From: Auanema rhodensis
Taxonomy: Eukaryota > Animalia > Nematoda
Assembly: GCA_964057225.1 (NCBI GenBank)
Contig: OZ059896.1
Span: 14,756,001-14,820,000 of the forward strand
Direction: 5' to 3'
DNA: 64,000 nt
Below the pieces are notes generated by a model, which was not told the DNA's origin, did no database searches, and saw nothing but the letters and a program-made list of their open reading frames with translations. A program made the position numbers and the translations under genes. Of this stretch, positions 13,036 through 27,400 are shown piece by piece (position 1 is the stretch's first letter; each line of letters begins with the position of its first letter).

Positions 13036-16000
13036 AATGAAAGAGTGAGATATATAGATGAAATGCAAGTTGAGATGGAAGGAGTAGTAAGAGAATTCGT
13101 TGTGTGTGGAAGAGGATGCGAGAAAGGCAATTTAGAAGTTTGGTCTGTTTAGACTAACGAAGTGAATTTGAACGATGTTTCAAAGAAAAAAACGGAACCA
13201 AAGAAAGGAATGATCTAATAAAATTAGAAAAACAAGATAGTAGGAGAAGGATAAAGAGTAGCGAAATGAATAAAGTGAGGGGTGGCTAGCATGTTTCACT
13301 CTTTCTCTCTCTCTTCCTTCTCACTGGACTTCAGTATACTCCGTCAATCCTTCGGAAACTAACGGAAGTCGATGGGCGTGGTTAGATCGGAATTATAGCT
13401 CGATTCCCTTCGGGGAAAGAAAGTACTGAGGAAGACGAAAAGAGAATGAGAGAGCAAGAGAGAGAGAGAGAGAAAGAGAAAGAGAGAAAGAGAGAGAGAG
13501 AGGGAAAGCAGGTTCGAAGCAAATGCAAAAGAGCTTGTGATATAATGTAGATATACACTCCTGTCTGAAAGAAAATGAACCCCATTTTCGAAGATGCTTT
13601 CTGAGTTTTTTCTGAAGTTAATAAACTGGAAATTAAACAATATTAACGAAACAAAGGATAAAAGAAGAATATTTTGATATTTGTCGAAGAACAAAATCTT
13701 TGTGAATCTTAATATTAGCTTAATAAAGATTTTAAGCTTAAATATAAAAATGAAATAAAGAAATAGTATTTCCTAAGTAATTTTAATTATATAATTTACT
13801 GATTTCTGTAGTCTGACAGCGAAATTCGATATAAGAAAATTTTCTGTTCATTGTCTTTTACATGGAGAAGTATGAGAGTGTGCCATATAGGGTGGACAGA
13901 GAAAGAGTTATGGAGATTATGAAAAAAGGGAAGGAGGTTGAAGAAACCCAGGAGACTAAGGGATAACGACAGCTGGAACTTATGAATCGACAGTCGACAT
14001 TCAATTTACTTCATTTCACCTCAAAAACCTTTTACACACTCATTTCAAGTTAATTATTCAGTTGATACTTTAAGATGGCGAAATGTAATTGGTTAGATTA
14101 ACTTAAAGCCGTTTGTCCATTTCTTTCAATAAAATTCTCGAGAAAGGTAAGCTGACCAGAGATCTTCGTCGTCTCGAAAACGTGGACATTCAGATGATCT
14201 TTTCATTCTGATTCTCAACAATATGAACAAATTAAATGAATAATGACAATGTATTATATATATATATATATATATATGGGATTAAATAGAGAAATAACCG
14301 GGTAAATGACTTGAAAACTAACAAAAAAGAGTCAACAATTTAAAAAAAATAACAAAATATATTGAGTTGGTTTCTTTATTAAATGTTTGTTGAATATTTC
14401 AAGTAATTTTGTTTTAAAATTCAATTGATAAAGAGAGTATTTTGCTGTAAACTTCATTCAACACGTGTTTGAGAATTCAAAAATGGTATATAGGAAGAAA
14501 GGTGGAGGGAAGGAGATTGGCTTGTGAGCAAGATAGAGAATAGAGATAGAGAGAGAAACAGAACATTGGGGAAAAATTAATTTTTTTGGATTATTTTTCC
14601 GATTGGGTTGACATTGTCCGATCAGATGTAAGAATTGATAATATCCTATTTTCTTTTTTTCCCGTTAATTTCGTATAAAAATATTGTTTCAAGACTAAAA
14701 ATCAGATGAAAAAGTATGAACATATGCTTATACACGTGATAATTTTAAAAATAGAAAAAAATGTTTTTTTTTTTATAATTTCTTTGGATGAGATCAGTTA
14801 GAATTTGAGGGGGAGCAAGTTTGAAATGGATTCAATTCATCTAGCTTGATCTATGTCTAGTCTACTTACTTCAGCTTTCAATTTTTTATAGCATTTGAAT
14901 GAAGAGGGAACAGGGGAAGGAGAGAGAGAACAGGAAGGTAGAGAAAATAAAAAACGAGAAAAATAATTTTTAAGAAAAATTGGGACAGGAGTACATAGAT
15001 GACAACGAAGCTGAAGCTGTAGTCGTAGAAGAATACATGCAGCATCAGGAGTTGCAAAAGCTGACGAAAGATGTACAAATAAGGTCACAAAAGATGAAAA
15101 AGGTCGAAAAACGAGAGTACAAAGTCAAATAATTAGCTATGCAAGAATAGTTGTTATAAGTTTCAAGATATTGAAGCTGTAAAAACTTGAATAATTTGTA
15201 AATGTTGGTGTTAAAACTCGGGAAAAACAGAGAAATGAACAGATGTAGATGATGAGATGAATTGATGAAAGTTGTGAGAGAGTAGATGTGATAAAGAAGA
15301 ATAGATACAATGGAAAAAGCGTAGTTACAAGAGAGATGATAAATGATCAGCCAAAAGGACCACAAATGCCCCCAAGGGGCAGACGTAGCTGAGATTTTAG
15401 CTATTGTTTCCGCAGAAACGTAAGTGAGATAGTTTTGAAACAGTCAGACAATTTTAGGATATGAGAATGATATCGTGGATGTTAGCGAACATGTTTAAGT
15501 AGAAGAAACAAAAGAAGAGCAAGGAAAATGCAGATAGAGAGAAAGAGAGAGAGTGAGAGAGAGAGATAGATAGAGAGTAAGAGAGTACGGAAAGAACGGA
15601 AAGAAGTTAAGTGAGACTTGAACTATGAATAGGAGAAAGTGTCAATGACGACAGATAAAAAAGGGAACAATTGGCGTCGAAAAAATGAAAAATTCTGAGC
15701 ATTCTGCAAGAGATATGCTAATAATTTAAATAATGAAAGAAGACAGAAAAGATAAGCTGGATAGAATGAAAAATTATTTTTTTTTGATTTTTTGAAACCC
15801 AAATTACAAACATTCCATGTTGATTTGTTGAAAAGAATAATAAATGCTGAATAGTATTCATGGAATATTCAAAACTTGATGATTGATGATTTAGACATAA
15901 ATGAAGTGAAAAAGAAGAATATAAGATAATTTTAAGATGTTTATATTACTTATTATATAAATATATATATAGATTAACTATATCATATAGTATTGCTTAT

Positions 16001-16461
16001 AAAGGCATATAGACATGCATGTATGTATATGTATGTGTTTAAGGATTGTATGTATTATGTATGTATTTGAGGAATATATACATGTATATGTTCAAAATCT
16101 GTTCAAAAATTATTGTTTTCTTTGATTATTCTTGTAAAAAAATTATTTTTATGTATGTATACGAATATATTTGTGATAATCCAATTAATACAGATTGTTC
16201 AAGTATAATATTAATGCCACAAGTTGGAATAATATGCTGAAAATCAGAAATTAGATAGAGAAACAGCAGACATATTCGGTGTGTTTTACAGATTCTGGAT
16301 GGTTAAAGTTCTATACTAGGTAGCAATTTTGACCAGATGTGTCCCGCTTCAACACCAACAACCACAACGAACTTGAAATCATTCAGAAGAAGTAACTTTG
16401 TAATAGGATTGTTGTCGTCACTTTGTCAAATAAGTGGAAAAAGATGAAAAGATCGGGTACA

Positions 16462-16496
<35 letters not shown>

Positions 16497-19456
16497 AATA
16501 TAGGGATAGAGACGAAGAAAGGAAGAAAACGCTAAGATAGCTTCTGGTGCTGTTATCTGTCCACATATCTTGAATAACGTTTGAATTCGGAAAAAAGCGA
16601 CAGAACGATTGCCAGCATGATGAGACTCGGATGAGCATACATCTAATACATCTAAATGGATATGAAACTGATGACGACGACGACAATGATGATGTTTCAA
16701 ATGATCGAAAAACAAAAAAAAAGGAATAAAGGAAATAGAAAGAGGTACATAGCATAATACAAGACAGATGAAGTAATAATGTTACAAGAGAGAGAAAAGA
16801 AAAATGAAAGAGAGAAAAAGAGATAGAGAGAAACCGAGATAACAAGGCAGAAGTTGAGGGGGGGGGGGGCGGAGGAAGTATGGAGTAACACCTCAGATGA
16901 TCTTCAATACTAATGGGAGTCAAGGCAATGCTAGTTAGAAAAGACAAAAGCTGACAAAGGAATTTGACAAGTTCAGAAAGATAAAGGAATGTTTCTTGAA
17001 AAGCTGTTGAAAGCTCTCAATGTTACTATTTGACTAAAAACCAGCAGAGTTGATTAGTTTTCCTGTTTTTAGTTAAAATCTTAAATATAAATGATTTCAA
17101 ATACATATTGCAAGACCAATTATCTTTTGAAATTTCGTTTTCCTTTTTCTGCAATTTTTGCCGTCAGATGTAATGCTGTTCAATGAAAAATTTTAATGGA
17201 TAAAAGGCAAAATCGAATAGAAATGTGCATAGATACTTTTATAAAACTAAGAAAAGATGAAGAAAAAGAAGAAAAACTTATATATTCAACTGATTTTTAA
17301 AAATTTTTCAGTTTTTAGATAAAAAAAAAATGTTGCAGTGTGAAACCAGCTGATTTCAAGGCTTACTCATACGTTTGCTAATCATTTTGTGAAAAAAAAA
17401 CAACATAAAAATCATTAAACTCATCAAGAAAACAAGTATGAATCAATGAGTTTGAGCAGCAAAATAAGATGAGCTTTTCGTTTCTTCTGAGATAAGCAAT
17501 TGGATGAATGGATTTGTACCGAAATATGGTCTTTAGCCTGTATTGAGGAGAAGGAGAAACATGTAGCCGACATACTTTTTTCGATTCATTTACGCCCACA
17601 ACTATTTTCTCAAAGAAAAATAAGCAAAAATCAAGATATGTTTTGTTTGTATCTGAGACTATATTTTCTGATTCAAACTTCAATAAACAAGGAGAAACTT
17701 CTTGCATATATGTACATTTGTACATATCAGGTATCTCTATTTCAAGAGATCAAATTGGTCATTTGCCTCGAATTCATTAGAGAGTGCGGAATCGTTTTTC
17801 GGAATTTCCGGAAGAATAGGTGAACCTATTCAAGGGTAATTTTCCATTTCAACTATTTATTCGAGAGAAAAAAAACATTAAGAAGGAGAGATATGGAGAG
17901 AAAAAGGAAAGATTTGATGAAAAGGGGAGGGGAGATTTTTAGTTGGAGATATACATACGTCCATATGAAATTTGGTGAAAGAAATAGGAGAAGACGTTAA
18001 ATTGCTTAACCAAGTGCAATGAAAACAGAGTTATTCCTTAGTAATCAACTGATTTTTGTAAAATTACACATTTAAGTAACAAAAAAGTGATTTTAAGTTT
18101 TAAGAAAAAGTAAAATCAATTTACTAAATTTATAAAATTATAATAACTATACAAATATAAATTTGTTTTTTATAATTGTCCTCTGAGAACAAATGAGTTA
18201 TGAAAGAATAAATGTGTAGAGACAACATATGGAAAACTGCTTCACTTTGATTGCTGCCAAAATAGGAATTATTCTTATTCTCTGGAAATAATTTTTTTTG
18301 TCAAAAAAAAGAAAAAGAAAAAGAAGAAGAGTGTGTAAACGAAAAAAAGCAAAGAAAAAAACATAAATTAGCATAATTTAATAAAATTGATTAAAGTTAT
18401 TTAGGCTATCATGTTTCACGTTTTGCTTGAGTAGAAACAAGAAAGACGGTGTAGCAATAAAATGTGTCTTATTAGTTGATTTATGGAATTCAATTGCTCA
18501 GGACATTATTCAGACTCTCATCAGAGCTTTTTCAACTGAAATGGCTTTTATGATCCTTGAAATGCTTTAACATGACGGATGTTCGGATGTAAGCATTGCG
18601 TATTCAGATGCAAAGTCAGAACTACATGCCAGTTTTCGTGACGACAAAGTCTCGTAGTTATCCACAATATTCTCTTGCATGCTACACTTTCATTATATTG
18701 CCTTAGAAAGTTCTTAGAAGATGTCAAGGAGTGAATATCAAACAGCACAATATTCGCCTGGTCCACTTGCTTCACCCATATCTTAGCTTACTTTGAGTAG
18801 AAGTTGATGGACATCATGGTCTGTGACGCTGTTCTACGATGAGCATGAAGCGGAAGCAAACGACGAAACACTGTTTCTATAGAATTAAAAGCTATTTCTG
18901 TCATGTTATTCGTTGTCTGACTTTTCTTCCTCTTCTAAATATAATATCTTTAGGTAACTTGTCAGATGAAATTACAAAAAATACGAATATTCCTTTCCAT
19001 TCTACTTACATCTTCAAAATGGTAATTGAATAGAGAACAAAGTCATCACAAAAAACTGAAAGCATTTAAGTTTTGTAATTTGAAATTGAAGAAAAAAGTA
19101 TGATAAGAGGATTTTAGATCAACTAATTGCCCTTTTTCGAGGAACAAAGTAATGCTGCAAGCTCTCTAAGAGATCAACTGCCTAATTGGAACATTTTTCA
19201 TTCAGGAACACGCAATCCATCGAAATAGACGGAAAGAGGGAGAACTACCTTATAAAATAGTTTTAAGAACTCTTATGTATCATCCGGAAATATTATTTCT
19301 ATTTCAATAGACAAAGAAAACAAGTCAAAAAATGCGATCTGTGATCCTCTTGTGATAGCTTTAACTCATCATCTTAGATTTTTTTTCTCATTGTAAATCC
19401 GTTGTCATCTAAATTCTCATTCTATTTCCCCTTGTTACTTTTTCTCTATCTCTCCT

Positions 19457-19504
<48 letters not shown>
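19457..19504. repeat. (CT)n microsatellite
   Basis: Directly visible, nearly pure CT run. Confidence 0.9.
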
Positions 19505-19508
<4 letters not shown>

Positions 19509-20224
19509 ATTTTCTATCTTTTTGTGATGGCATTAATGTTTCCTAAAATATTCACATAATCTTAAGAAGCTTATGTTCATGTATACATGAACAAATGTAT
19601 GCACATGTATGTATGTACATGCATGCATGTTCATATTTTCTTTTAAATTTCTTTTAAAATTGAAAATACAATACACGTTCGAGAAAATGCTTACAACGTG
19701 ATTTCACGTCGATATAATCCTTGTTCATTTCTCAGATCTGATTTTATAAATAACGGTTGTAATTGATTGTGTACGTGTGTCTCAAATCACCATTTGTTAG
19801 CTAAACAAATGGAATGAAAGACGATTTCTCATCAAAATATTCATGAAAAATCTGTAATATTTGAGACTATTTACTATCTACCTATGTTATTATCATAAAT
19901 CTTTTTTTTTATTTTTGTTTTAAAACAAAAAAATGAAGCTTTTCTCTTCCGAACCACGTAATAGGTCAAGTATTATGGTATGTTATACATATGCATAGTA
20001 TGTATATTTCATATTTTCATTAATTTTTGAGCGAATAGAGATCAGGAGAAAAAACACATAAAATAACAAAAGCATAAATAGGTGAAACAGGTGAGTATCG
20101 ACTCAACACAGGCTTTTGCTATTCAAAATCAAAAAAAAATCTCTAAGGTGTATAAGAACAACAGAAAGGAGGGAAATGAGAATACGACGCTGACAATTAG
20201 TTAGGAGAGAAAGAAAAAAAGATA

Positions 20225-20235
20225 CAGAGAGATAA

Positions 20236-20322
<87 letters not shown>
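20225..20322. repeat. Imperfect (GA)n microsatellite with GATAGAGAGA units
   Basis: Directly visible. Confidence 0.9.
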
Positions 20323-20328
<6 letters not shown>

Positions 20329-21625
20329 ATAAATAAAAAAAGCTGATATAATGAATCTATGATTGAAATATGTATTAGAATAGAAATATTTACATTTTTC
20401 CTCAATATCATCATCATCAGCTTCTTCTTCTTCCTTTAGTTTCAAATTCAAAGAACATTGTAGAAAAATAATGAAATGAGAAATTGAACAGAATCAGATG
20501 ATACATTGGTATAGAAATCATTAAGATATTTCTTAGTTATTTCTTTTTTTGTTTTGAAATAATTTTTAAAAAAATGTTTTAAAACCGGAAAAAAAAACTT
20601 TTTTTTTTCAATATTTTTTAGAAGAAAAAAAAGCGGAAAAGGAAATGAGAGAAGACATGAAAATAAGAACAAAAAAATCTTTTTTAGTTTCAGAATGATG
20701 ACTATTCAGATATTAAATAATTATATGTATATTATAATAAATATGATGAAGAGTATTAAAAACAGAAAGATTTTCTTTAGAATAGAATGTCTAGAACAAC
20801 TATTTCTTTTGAGATTTTCTAAGTTACAAGCAATTGAGCTAATTATTTATGAATATAAGTGTATACATCTACATATAGTTAACAACATAATTTAGATATA
20901 TATATATATAAATAAGTTTTATCTTTATAGTAAAGTTATAAATTATAAAAATAAACTTATTGTTAAACAAAAGAAAAAAATGAATTTTAGACACAAACAA
21001 GACAATTGTTACTAGTTGGTTTCAGACTTCCTGAATGTCTTCTGTAGATCCGATTACAGTGGACAGCTGGTCGATTTAATCCCAATTTCGGACATTAAAA
21101 ATAATATTTACGATCTTGAAATCTAAGACAAGCTTCTTGTTCTACGAATTTGAATTTTTTGCTTGAATAAATATTATTTTTCGACCATTTAAACTGCATA
21201 AAATCAAGTCAAAAGGTTGTTGTGATATGAATGTTTCATGAAAATTTCCTATGTCATCTTCACTATTTTCAAATTTTAAAAGCTCTGAACTATTTTCAAT
21301 ATAAAATATTCTTTAATTTAAGGTTGTTTTGTACTTTACTACTTTACCATTTCAAACTTAGTACACTAAAATATGTTGATGATAGAAGAAGTTTATGCTA
21401 AAGAATTCAAAATGCAACGTCTTCTGATACATAATCATCAGACTTAGGTGGGAGGGGGTGGACAAGAAGAAGAGATTGATGAAAAGAAGTAACTTTACTA
21501 TTTATAGGGAAAAATAAATTATATTTAGGAATTGAAAATAAGAAACTATTTTCAATATATATATATTTTTATTTTTATTTTTTATATATATTTATATAGA
21601 TAATACATAGATGGTAGGAAATTAG

Positions 21626-21750
<125 letters not shown>

Positions 21751-24379
21751 TAGAGGGGAATATTTGATAGGAAAATAGCAAAAAAATTGTTCTGTTGTTT
21801 TTGTATTTAACAAAAAAATTAATTAGGGATCGATTAAGCATATGAAGTATTCAACAGGACTATTATTTATCTGGAAAAAAAAGTGGAAAATAGCTATAAA
21901 AAGGCGAAAATAGTCAAGTTTTTATTCAAACGTCGTACTTTTCTTTATAAAAAACACGAAATAAAGAATATGAAATAGATAGATAGTTATTGTATAATAA
22001 AAATAAAATATGCAATTGCTACTGTCTATCGTTGTGAAGCTGAAAATTGTATATATGATGTTAAAGCTGTAACAGCAGGTGGTAGTAGAAGTAGGTAGGC
22101 AGGTACCAAAAGAATACTTTGTATACTAAAGAAATTCTCATAAAAGTCTGAATAATTTTATTTATATTTTAATATAAAATATTATTTATATATTATATAA
22201 TATATTAATATATATCTACCTCTACATATATGTAAATATACATATAAATTAGTATAATTAAAATTAAGACTACAATATTGATTTATGGTTTATTGACCTT
22301 TATTCTTTTTTTTTTTTTTTTTTTTTCTGAAAAAACAAATGTAATTACATCTTTGGCTGATGTTTCTCTGTTATATTAGATGAAAGAGGACAAAATATTC
22401 TGTTAGAAAATGGATAAATAAATAAATATAAACATATATATTGTACATAAATTAAAGCTGAGCTTTTCTTCATATGTGAAAAAAAATTTTTTGGAACAAA
22501 GCTCACTTCCAGAAGCTGAAGTTGATATAGCACATGCCTCTGTTCAAATAATTATTTTGGAAAAAATGAATAGAATTATTTAAATAAATAATTTGAAAAT
22601 AACATTTGAAATAAAAGAATAAAAATATAAAATGTGAATTTCCGAAAGAAATATTGCAAGTTTAAGTTTGATAATTGAAACAATATAAAATATAAGCAAT
22701 ATGCTGATTTTCAAGTTTTAGAGAAAAGACAACAACAAGTTTACGAGTGAAATTTTGAATTGTGACAATAGGAAATTGAAAAAGATAATAATCATAATAT
22801 GAATATAATAGAAAATTGTTTTAATTTTCTTATCAAGTATATTAAAAAATAAAGAATTTGAAGAAAAAAAATGTCATGAAGAGGGGAGAGGGCAAAGAGA
22901 TGATATAGGATAATGTAGTCATCATACATATAGAATATATACATACATAGATATGTAAAAGATTTTATATGATGATAGGATTTCAATAGATTTATGTGTA
23001 AATACTATATGTATATAGTTATGATAGCTCATTTAATATATATATATATATATATATATGAAAAGAAAGAAATAGAAAGGAAAATAGTTCCGTTAAAGGA
23101 CATATATTGCTTATATAGATGTATATAGGCTTTCAAGTTGACGATGATGATGCTGCTCATGCTTCTTCTTTTCTCTCTTTTTTCTTTTTTTTTTTTGATC
23201 TGTTCAAGCTTAAACGAGGATCATTGAAATGAACTAAATTTAAAGAAAAAAACTTACAAACAAATCACAAGGAGTTTCCGGAAAAATGTCGTTTTCAAAC
23301 AATAGTGATTTTACTCAGAAATGTTAAGAACATCAAAAGTATTAGAAAAGAAGAAGGAAAGGCATAGGATTTGAACTCAAAGTTTTTTTTAGAAAAATGA
23401 AAAAAAAAAAATAGAAAATACATATATCAAAGTACTAAGAAGGAATATTGAATTAATTTATAAATGGATATAAAAAAATGGAAAAGAAAATGTTTTTATA
23501 GTTAGATGTATCTATGATCTCTCAAAACTTTTGCGTTTTATTTAGAAATTTATGTAATTTATATGATTTTTAATCATTTTACTAGTAAATTTTAAAAAAA
23601 GGTGTTTATAAGAATAGTAGAAGATTTAATCAACAATTTCTTTAATAAATTAAAAAAAAATTATATTTCATACAAAATATATAAAGAAGGTATGAAGAAG
23701 ATGTGAGGGGAATAGAAAACCAACGAAACAGAGTATAGAAGTTTCATATCTTGGAATCAAAGAGCAGTATTAATGAAAGATTGAAGTTTCAAGACAGTTT
23801 ACTATTCCTATTATCACAGATTTGAAATTAAACTTTCATCCAAAACACGAGGATAATCAGAGAATAATATTAATAATAGATTTCTTAATGAAAAATCAGG
23901 TAGGAAAATATTTTTATGAATTTAATGTTCAAGTTCCTTGATCAAAGCTCTTTAAATTAAATTGAAAATCAACGAGTCAAACAGAAAAAGTAAAAACTTT
24001 TAACATTTATAAGTTCAAGAGCAGATTAGAAAGTTCAAACTATAAGTATTTTAGACAAAACTATGAGCTATGCATTTCAAAACCTTTTCTGAAAGATGCA
24101 TTACTACTCTAAGAGTGATGCTTTACATAGTTAATAGAATATATGAACTAAATTTGTTTGAAGAATCAACTTCATCTCAAAAAGCTTTTTGATTTTCTCA
24201 AAAGGGAAAGTGAGAGAGAAAGAGCAAGAAAGAGAGAACAAGACATAGAAAGAGCAAAAGAGGGAGAAAGAGAGAGAGAGAAAGAAAATTATTTTTTTTC
24301 TTTTCTGAATGCATATAATCCGCTCTTCTGTTTTCCAGTAGATTACAGGCATAGTGAATATTTTCAGATGAAATTCTTA

Positions 24380-24382
<3 letters not shown>

Positions 24383-24444
<62 letters not shown>
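24383..24444. repeat. Pure (GA)n microsatellite
   Basis: Directly visible; it explains the poly-RE stretch of ORF 24158-24517. Confidence 0.95.
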
Positions 24445-24446
<2 letters not shown>

Positions 24447-27400
24447 AGATAATGAATTATTTGAATTATTTTTGTGTGAAAAACAAAGTAGATAAGAAAG
24501 AAAGAATTACATTTTAAGGATAAATGAACTTTAAGTATTTCAAAATTATTAAATGAACTTGAAATTCATAATTTCTATATAAATTCTCATGTTATCTTTG
24601 ATTTATAATAATAATTTTTTTTACTAATTTTAGAATAGGAAGATCATGACGTTTGTCTAAATATAAAATAATTATGTCTGGGCTTGAAATAGTATGTAAG
24701 GCATGAAGGATCAAAGAAGAATTGAGCTTTCAGGAATAGAGGCAATCCGGGTCGAAACAGATGTATATATATATATATATATATAATATATAAGAAGTAT
24801 AGAAAATATTAATTAATATAATTATTTTAATTTTCAAAATATCTTTAAACAATGATTTTACTTATTTTATCCAATTATCAGAAATTAAACTTACCTACAT
24901 GATCATTTAGTTTATTTAAGAATTTTATCAAAATCAATTTTGTCATTCATCACGTTGTTTCAAGCTGATAAGTTTTATGAGAAACAGGCAATAACAAATA
25001 TGTTTTAGATTAAATATATGATAAAATTAATTTATTTCTATTTTTTCAATATTTTAGATAAAACAGAAATGAATTTATAAAAGATAAAAAATATTTGAAA
25101 TATTTTACATACAGATATAGTATGTATGTATAAAATTAAATTGATAAATTGGAAATAATTTGATATTACAAAGATCTATCACCATTTAATAAAATATATT
25201 TAATATATATCTTATTATCTTAATCATTTTATAATTAAAGATGAATCTAATAATAAAAATAATTTTTTTTCTCTGATTTAAGCTTAAAATTTGGTTGAAT
25301 TTCATTTTTAGATGTCAGAAAAACTAGAACTAATATACATATTAAGAACATGAAATATGAATGATTAAAATTGGAAGAAAATTACACAAAATATAAACAA
25401 ATTATAAATTGAATTAACTAAACAAAACAAATATTGAATGAAAAATAAAATATATGTGAACAATTTAATTATAAAAACTATAATATTTGAATATATATTT
25501 CAGAAAAAAAAATTATTTTAGAATGAATTTTGAATAACTCTAGGCTTGAAATTTTCAGGTTGGAATTCATTAAAAGTTTTCTTTCACAAGATAATGGCCA
25601 AAGCATATTAAGATGTTAAGAAAATTATTTATCTTTCAAATATGAAACAGTTGTATGAGAATTTCACATAATTAACTCATTATATAGTTTCTTTCAAAAC
25701 AATTGTTTTATCGAAAGTTATGAATTAAGAAAATTATTCTTATATTTTATATAAATAACATATAGTTATCATAAATTAAATTAAATTAATTAGAATAAAA
25801 TTTAAACGTGTCATTCGCGTGAAGCCACGTAGAATCACGTAAAATTCATTTTTACGTCTTTTGACCTTGTTTTGAACATTTCATGCAATTGGCACCGTAT
25901 TGAACGATTGCAGCAGATTAAACAAGAATTTTGAAATAAAATTTCTTGTAAAAGGTAAATATACATTCTAACTATATATTTCTTTGTATATTATTGTAAA
26001 TCTATATATGTATATAACATATTTGAATTTTTTTTGATCATGGAAAAAGTCAAAGTACAAAAAGTACGCGATGAATCAATGATCAGCTCGAAATTTTTTG
26101 TAAGATCACATATTAATCTTTTTGTATATTTTTATATATTCATTTTTAAAATACTTTTTAGTTGATTTTATAATGCTAATCATTTAATTTTTAGATTTTA
26201 AGATGTTATATCTCAACAAATATAAGATGATAGCGAATACAAGAACAAGAAAAAGGGTATTTATTATATTTTTCTTCTTTTTTATTTTATTTTCAAATAT
26301 TATATAATTAAAGCCTTTTCAGATAAAATATATTTCAAATACAAAGGGTTTTCACGAACTATACTTTTAACTAATGGAATTTGGTACTACATGTAATTTC
26401 AACTCAAGTACGCTTCTTAATTTATTATTTTTTATTTTTAAATAATTAAAATTAGTCGAAGGGAGGGATAGTTATATAGATTATTCTTTTCAATAACATG
26501 TTCTTCCTATCTCTTAATCCTAATAATCTTCAATTCCTTCCGTAGTGACCGGAAATGAACAAAGTTTGAAATTCAAACAACAAGAAAGGGGAGTGTACAA
26601 TCGAATCGTATGCACAGGATTGCGACTGGGATTACAACCCATATTATATACGTTGAATAGAGAAATGCAAACCAGGCGTTTCATTTTAACAATTGTCTTC
26701 AGTCAGGATAATTCTGATTTGCAAAGCTGTCTGTGATGACAAAAAGTAATGATTCAAAGTGAATTAGAGCTAGCGATTACTCGGGACCGCAACTCCTGAT
26801 GCTAATCTGTTTTGAGGCAGAACAAATAAGTTCTTATATCATTTCGTAAAAAAAATAGGTTTTGTTTAGAACAACTTTCATTCATTTGGATATTTTCAAT
26901 GAAGGAATCCACTTGTTTTTCATAAGACAAACATTTTATCCTTCAAAAATCAAACAAAGAAGTATGGACTGTTAAGCATTGTTGTCCAAGACTAGTGAAG
27001 CTAAGATTTTTGTTTGTTTTGAAACCTAACAGCTCAAGCTCCTACCTAACTGTGCTTACAATAAAAACGAGACAAGACAGGACCAAAATCTGTCGTGTTT
27101 GCAAGAAAACATCTTTTTATAGTTTGTCTCTTTTTTTATTCCAATTTTTTATGCTGAATGTCATAATTCAATTCCATATACTAGTAATATTTGTTCTTAG
27201 TTAATCTCATTTCATACACATGTAGTCTATTTAAAAAAAAACGAAAAATGGAGCCATATTGTCTGAGGAAAAATAATTTTGAAGGATAATCCAAAATGGA
27301 ATATATAGGAATGCATAATTAAATAGAAATTTTGCTTTTCTTTACTATGTGTCCATTTGTTCTGTAATTTTTTCTTCATCTTTCGCTCCACATTGATTTG

